From a virus (lineage: Duplodnaviria > Caudoviricetes), in IMG/VR virus record IMGVR_UViG_3300046656_000554, positions 1-26,915 of that record: a stretch of 26,915 nucleotides of DNA. One strand, written 5' to 3'. Below are positions 23,861 to 26,915 of this stretch, in pieces (position 1 is the first letter of the stretch; every line of letters starts with the position of its first letter). Below the pieces are notes generated by a model. It had not been told where the DNA came from. It did not search any database and worked only from the letters and a program-made list of their open reading frames with translations. Both the position numbers and the translations under genes were made by a program.

Positions 23861-24625
23861 TCAGTTGGCCCTCAGGCGAAAGATCCGCCGGAACGTGATG
23901 GCCATGATCTGGCGACCGGCCGCGCCGCTCTTGATGTTGAGTTCCTCGATGCAGGCATGCTCTTCGAGCGTCTGACCTCCAGCGCAGAACCTCGCCACCG
24001 AGCGGCTCTGGCGTGCTGACTCCACCGCGCGCAGGTTATCGACGGTGACCTCGACAAGACAGCGATGCCGGACGATGGGCGCGGTGACGATCTCGGCAAT
24101 CACGGCGGTTTTCACGTCGAACACGTCGAGCTCGAGATCGCCGAAGGTGATGCGACACGGACCGTGAGGCGCATCGACGATCTCCGCGGTGGTCGTGCGA
24201 TGGTCGGACTGCGTCAGGGCCGTGCGGCACTCGTCGCAGCCGCACTCGGAGGTGACCCTGCGGCAAATCTTGTGCTCGGTGCAGGCGTGCCGAGAGCATT
24301 GGTCGATGGAGACCTCGACGGAAACCAGATCGCCGATCCGGCAGTCTGGATCGGGCGGCGTGTCGACTAGGGCGACGCGGCCTGTGTGTAGCTTCGGCTG
24401 CCGGCTGTCGAATGCGTGATACCAGTCGGCGCCTGGAATGATGCTGTTGCTCTCGGCCCACGCAGCGGCGGAGGCTGCCCACAGTTGGCGCTCGAAGAAT
24501 TCGGCTTCAACCGGATCCGCCGCCTCCGCCATCGGCTGCGCGCACGTGTAGCAGGTCGGCGGCTCCGAGGCGGTCACCGGCGCGCGCTGTGGGCAGCTGT
24601 GGTTCGTGCAGGTGTAGCGGGTCAT
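23861..24625 (-). CDS. Cys-rich hypothetical protein (start re-called to 24625)
   Basis: GGAGG RBS, ATGA overlap; YTCTNHSC...TCYTC and CGCDEC motifs. Confidence 0.6.
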   Translation of the reverse strand: MTRYTCTNHSCPQRAPVTASEPPTCYTCAQPMAEAADPVEAEFFERQLWAASAAAWAESNSIIPGADWYHAFDSRQPKLHTGRVALVDTPPDPDCRIGDLVSVEVSIDQCSRHACTEHKICRRVTSECGCDECRTALTQSDHRTTTAEIVDAPHGPCRITFGDLELDVFDVKTAVIAEIVTAPIVRHRCLVEVTVDNLRAVESARQSRSVARFCAGGQTLEEHACIEELNIKSGAAGRQIMAITFRRIFRLRAN

Positions 24626-24960
24626 CGGGTACCTCCAGTCGGGCGCTTCCACTTTACGCCGGGCGGCAGATCGAACTCGATGTTGCTGCCGCTGACCGTC
24701 ACTTCGACGGAGTGCGGCGGAATTCCGCCGATCGCCTCGTGCTCAGCCGAAGCGATGGCGCAGACTTTCCAGTCGCGGTCGCGCTTGGGCTGGCGAGGTG
24801 CGCCGCCCTCGGCGAGCAAATCGTCGAGGTATTCGGCCGCGTCGTAGAAGCTCCACGGCGGACACGATGCGCACTTGCCATCGCGCGACGCGTGCGCACG
24901 TCCGTCGCGATACCAGAGTGCGTCGAAGTCGAATTCCTGGCAGACCTTGCCTGCGTTCAC
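24622..24960 (-). CDS. Hypothetical protein (start re-called to GTG 24960)
   Basis: GTGA overlap with the 24957 stop. Confidence 0.55.
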   Translation of the reverse strand: MNAGKVCQEFDFDALWYRDGRAHASRDGKCASCPPWSFYDAAEYLDDLLAEGGAPRQPKRDRDWKVCAIASAEHEAIGGIPPHSVEVTVSGSNIEFDLPPGVKWKRPTGGTR

Positions 24961-25142
24961 TGCGGCCCCCGAGTGATGAACGACGTCGGCACGTCGCCCC
25001 ATCCGCGCTCGAGTAGCTCGTCAAGGGCTGGGAGTGTTCGCTCCGCTGGCCAACCAATGTCGCGAAGCGCGCCTCCGGTGCTCAGGTGGCCGAGCAGGGC
25101 GGTTGCATCGTCGGAGAGCGGAGTCGGCTGAGTAGCTGTCAT
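24957..25142 (-). CDS. Hypothetical protein, first gene of the second minus-strand cluster
   Basis: ATG 7 nt after a class-2 motif. Confidence 0.55.
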   Translation of the reverse strand: MTATQPTPLSDDATALLGHLSTGGALRDIGWPAERTLPALDELLERGWGDVPTSFITRGPQ

Positions 25143-25169
25143 CGCCTCAACCCTAGCACGCCACTCCGA
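25143..25169 (-). promoter_or_regulatory. Class-2 promoter-like motif
   Basis: Minus strand reads TCGGAGTGGCGTGC-TAGGGT-N7-ATG(25142). Confidence 0.65.
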
Positions 25170-25188
25170 CGCCTACGCCTGCCCGATT

Positions 25189-25223
25189 TCGACCGTCTGC
25201 GCCGCCCATAAGACCCTGCTCTC
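25189..25223 (+). promoter_or_regulatory. Class-1 promoter-like motif
   Basis: TCGACC-N17-GACCCT-N6-ATG(25224). Confidence 0.7.
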
Positions 25224-26867
25224 ATGTCAGCAGCGTCCGATTTCGTGCTGGTCCAGCTCTCGATCGACGCCGTCGGGCTGGCCCGGGCGGGCTTCGGCGA
25301 GATGCTCATCGGTAGCCACAACGCCCCGTTTCCCGAGCGGATTCGGCGCTACAAGACCCTGTCTGCCGCGGTCCCCGGCACCTTCAGCGCCGACTCCTTC
25401 GAGGGGTTGGCCCTCGCCGCGGCGTTCGCGCAGACCGGCCAGTCCGGCCGCTCGGTGGCCGTTGGCCGGCTCGGCGGCACCGTCACTCAGCGCTACGACC
25501 TGGCCGCATCGACCCTCACCGTCGGGACGGTGTTCGCGATCGACGTCGTCGGCAAGGGGCTGACATCAACGCGGGTCAGCTACACCTCGCTGGCCAACCT
25601 GACGTTCGTTGACGCGGACGTCAACACCACGACCGACGCCGTCGCCGAGACGGCTCACGGGATGCTGACTGGGGCCGGGCCGTTCCGGCTCAGCAACGCC
25701 GGAGGCGCGCTGCCCACGGCGACTCCAGCGCTGGCCGTCGACACGAACTACTGGATCATCGCGGTTGACGCGGATCACTACAAGTTTGCCAGCAGCAAGG
25801 CGAATGCGATCGCTCTGACCCCGGTCGACATCACCGCGGCGGCGGGCGGCGGGACGCACACCCTGCTGCGCGCGGCCAACGATGTCGTAATGGCGCAGCT
25901 CAAGCAGGGGCTCGATGCGGTCGTCGGTGCGGGCACGGCCTACGTGGTTTCACAGGTCGCAGGCGCCGGAGACACCGATACGCTGCGCGTGACCGCCGCG
26001 TCTACGTCGCAGCAGTTCAGCCTGGCCGTCACCGACCCGGCGATCCTGGCCAACGCGCAGACGCACGCGGCGCCGGCCGACGTCACGCTGGCGACCGACC
26101 TCGCCGCGATCCGCGTCGCGGATCAGGGCTGGTACACGCTGATCACGCTCTACAACAGTGCGGCCTATGTCGAGGCGGCCGAGGCATGGGCCGAATCAAA
26201 CGGCGTCACCTACGCGTGGGACAGCTGCGATACGACGATCGGCACCACGGCGCTCAGCGGCGGGACCGACGTCGGCTCGGTCAGCTTCGGATTCGGCTAC
26301 GCCCGCTCGATGGGCAGCTACTACCCCGCGCCGGCGTCGATGTTGTCGGTGCGCAGCATGGGTCGGTTCCTGCCGCGTGATCCAGGCAAGAGTGTTCCGT
26401 GGGGCAAGACGCTGTCGGGCATTACCGGCCTGACGCTGACCGACACGTTCAAAGACAACCTCCGCGCCAAGCGGATGAACACCTACGAGCAGGTGTTAGC
26501 TGACCGCCCGTTCTTCTGGAACGGCACGGTGTTCTCGACGATCTACCGCTACTTCGACATCACCCGCAACAGTGACTGGTACCAGGATCAGGCCCAGAAG
26601 GGGGTGCTCGAAGCGCTGCTCGGCGTCGAGATTGATCCATTCACGACGGCCGGGATCAAGCTGTTGCAGGCCGCGCTGATTGGCGTCGGCGACCTCGCAT
26701 TCCGGCAGGGCGTGCTGGCCGATGTGCCCGTCACGGTGGCGCCCAAGATCGAGGACATCCTGAGTCAGGACAAGATCGATCGAAACCTGTCCGGTCTCCA
26801 GCAGTCCGGCACGTTCGCCGGCGCAATCCAGTCCGCCATCCCCGTTGACGTCGTCCTGACGTTCTGA
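25224..26867 (+). CDS. DUF3383-type contractile tail sheath protein with an inserted beta domain
   Basis: RAGFG..LI, ERIRRY, L.AI...DQGWY, AWAESN, PG...W.KTLSGI, N.Y, YFD..R..DW, PFT..GI, R.L.GL...G.FAGAI. Confidence 0.88.
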   Translation: MSAASDFVLVQLSIDAVGLARAGFGEMLIGSHNAPFPERIRRYKTLSAAVPGTFSADSFEGLALAAAFAQTGQSGRSVAVGRLGGTVTQRYDLAASTLTVGTVFAIDVVGKGLTSTRVSYTSLANLTFVDADVNTTTDAVAETAHGMLTGAGPFRLSNAGGALPTATPALAVDTNYWIIAVDADHYKFASSKANAIALTPVDITAAAGGGTHTLLRAANDVVMAQLKQGLDAVVGAGTAYVVSQVAGAGDTDTLRVTAASTSQQFSLAVTDPAILANAQTHAAPADVTLATDLAAIRVADQGWYTLITLYNSAAYVEAAEAWAESNGVTYAWDSCDTTIGTTALSGGTDVGSVSFGFGYARSMGSYYPAPASMLSVRSMGRFLPRDPGKSVPWGKTLSGITGLTLTDTFKDNLRAKRMNTYEQVLADRPFFWNGTVFSTIYRYFDITRNSDWYQDQAQKGVLEALLGVEIDPFTTAGIKLLQAALIGVGDLAFRQGVLADVPVTVAPKIEDILSQDKIDRNLSGLQQSGTFAGAIQSAIPVDVVLTF

Positions 26868-26874
26868 GGAGACA

Positions 26875-26915
26875 ATGTCCACGTACAATCCCGAGGAAGT
26901 GAATACGGTTGTCCT
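26875..26915 (+). CDS. Tail tube protein (DUF3277-like), 5' fragment
   Basis: GAGGAG RBS; MSTYNPEEVNTVV matches the TY(D/N)P..V start typical of these tubes; directly after the sheath. Confidence 0.65.
   Translation, partial: MSTYNPEEVNTVV

Larger units (their letters stand above)
1..26915 (+). mobile_element. Tailed phage/prophage head-neck-contractile-tail morphogenesis region (no att sites or host flanks visible)
   Basis: Colinear terminase, portal, protease, scaffold, decoration, capsid, adaptor, neck, sheath and tube genes, with dense ATGA/GTGA-coupled small ORFs. Confidence 0.95.

Noticed and set aside
1-26915. CRISPR array, tRNA/rRNA, integrase, transposase, reverse transcriptase/DGR
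   Set aside because: No regularly spaced repeats, recognisable RNA genes or catalytic motifs found by eye.
25224-26915. Interpreting the locus as a tailocin/eCIS/T6SS
   Set aside because: Terminase, portal, protease and capsid genes are all present and intact, indicating a DNA-packaging phage.

Overview
High-GC tailed-phage or prophage virion-morphogenesis region of myovirus type. Gene order on the + strand: small accessory and Zn-ribbon genes, TerS, TerL, DUF1073-type portal, DUF2213-type prohead protease, separate scaffold, decoration protein, DUF2184-type major capsid, DUF4054 adaptor, neck/closure/terminator proteins, DUF3383-type tail sheath and the start of the tail tube. Three clusters of small unknown ORFs interrupt the module (two on the minus strand, one on the plus strand). 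The most unusual part is between portal and protease, where I see no MuF gene. The portal itself carries a C-terminal R-S-ExE ADP-ribosyltransferase. It is followed by a small acidic ORF, a second protein that shares the same internal module (RxD..GYNPxR..GxFxSGPH plus a helical segment) but ends in an HExxH metallopeptidase, and another small ORF. This looks like a capsid-packaged, protease-released polymorphic effector array with candidate immunity genes. Other observations: an RxD motif recurring across head proteins (candidate maturation site), two conserved promoter-like motifs at fixed distance from start codons (leaderless architecture), an unannotated 49-aa double-glycine Cys-rich RiPP-like precursor, and a His-less mini-paralogue of the protease. 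All family assignments come from motif recognition by eye; no searches were run.
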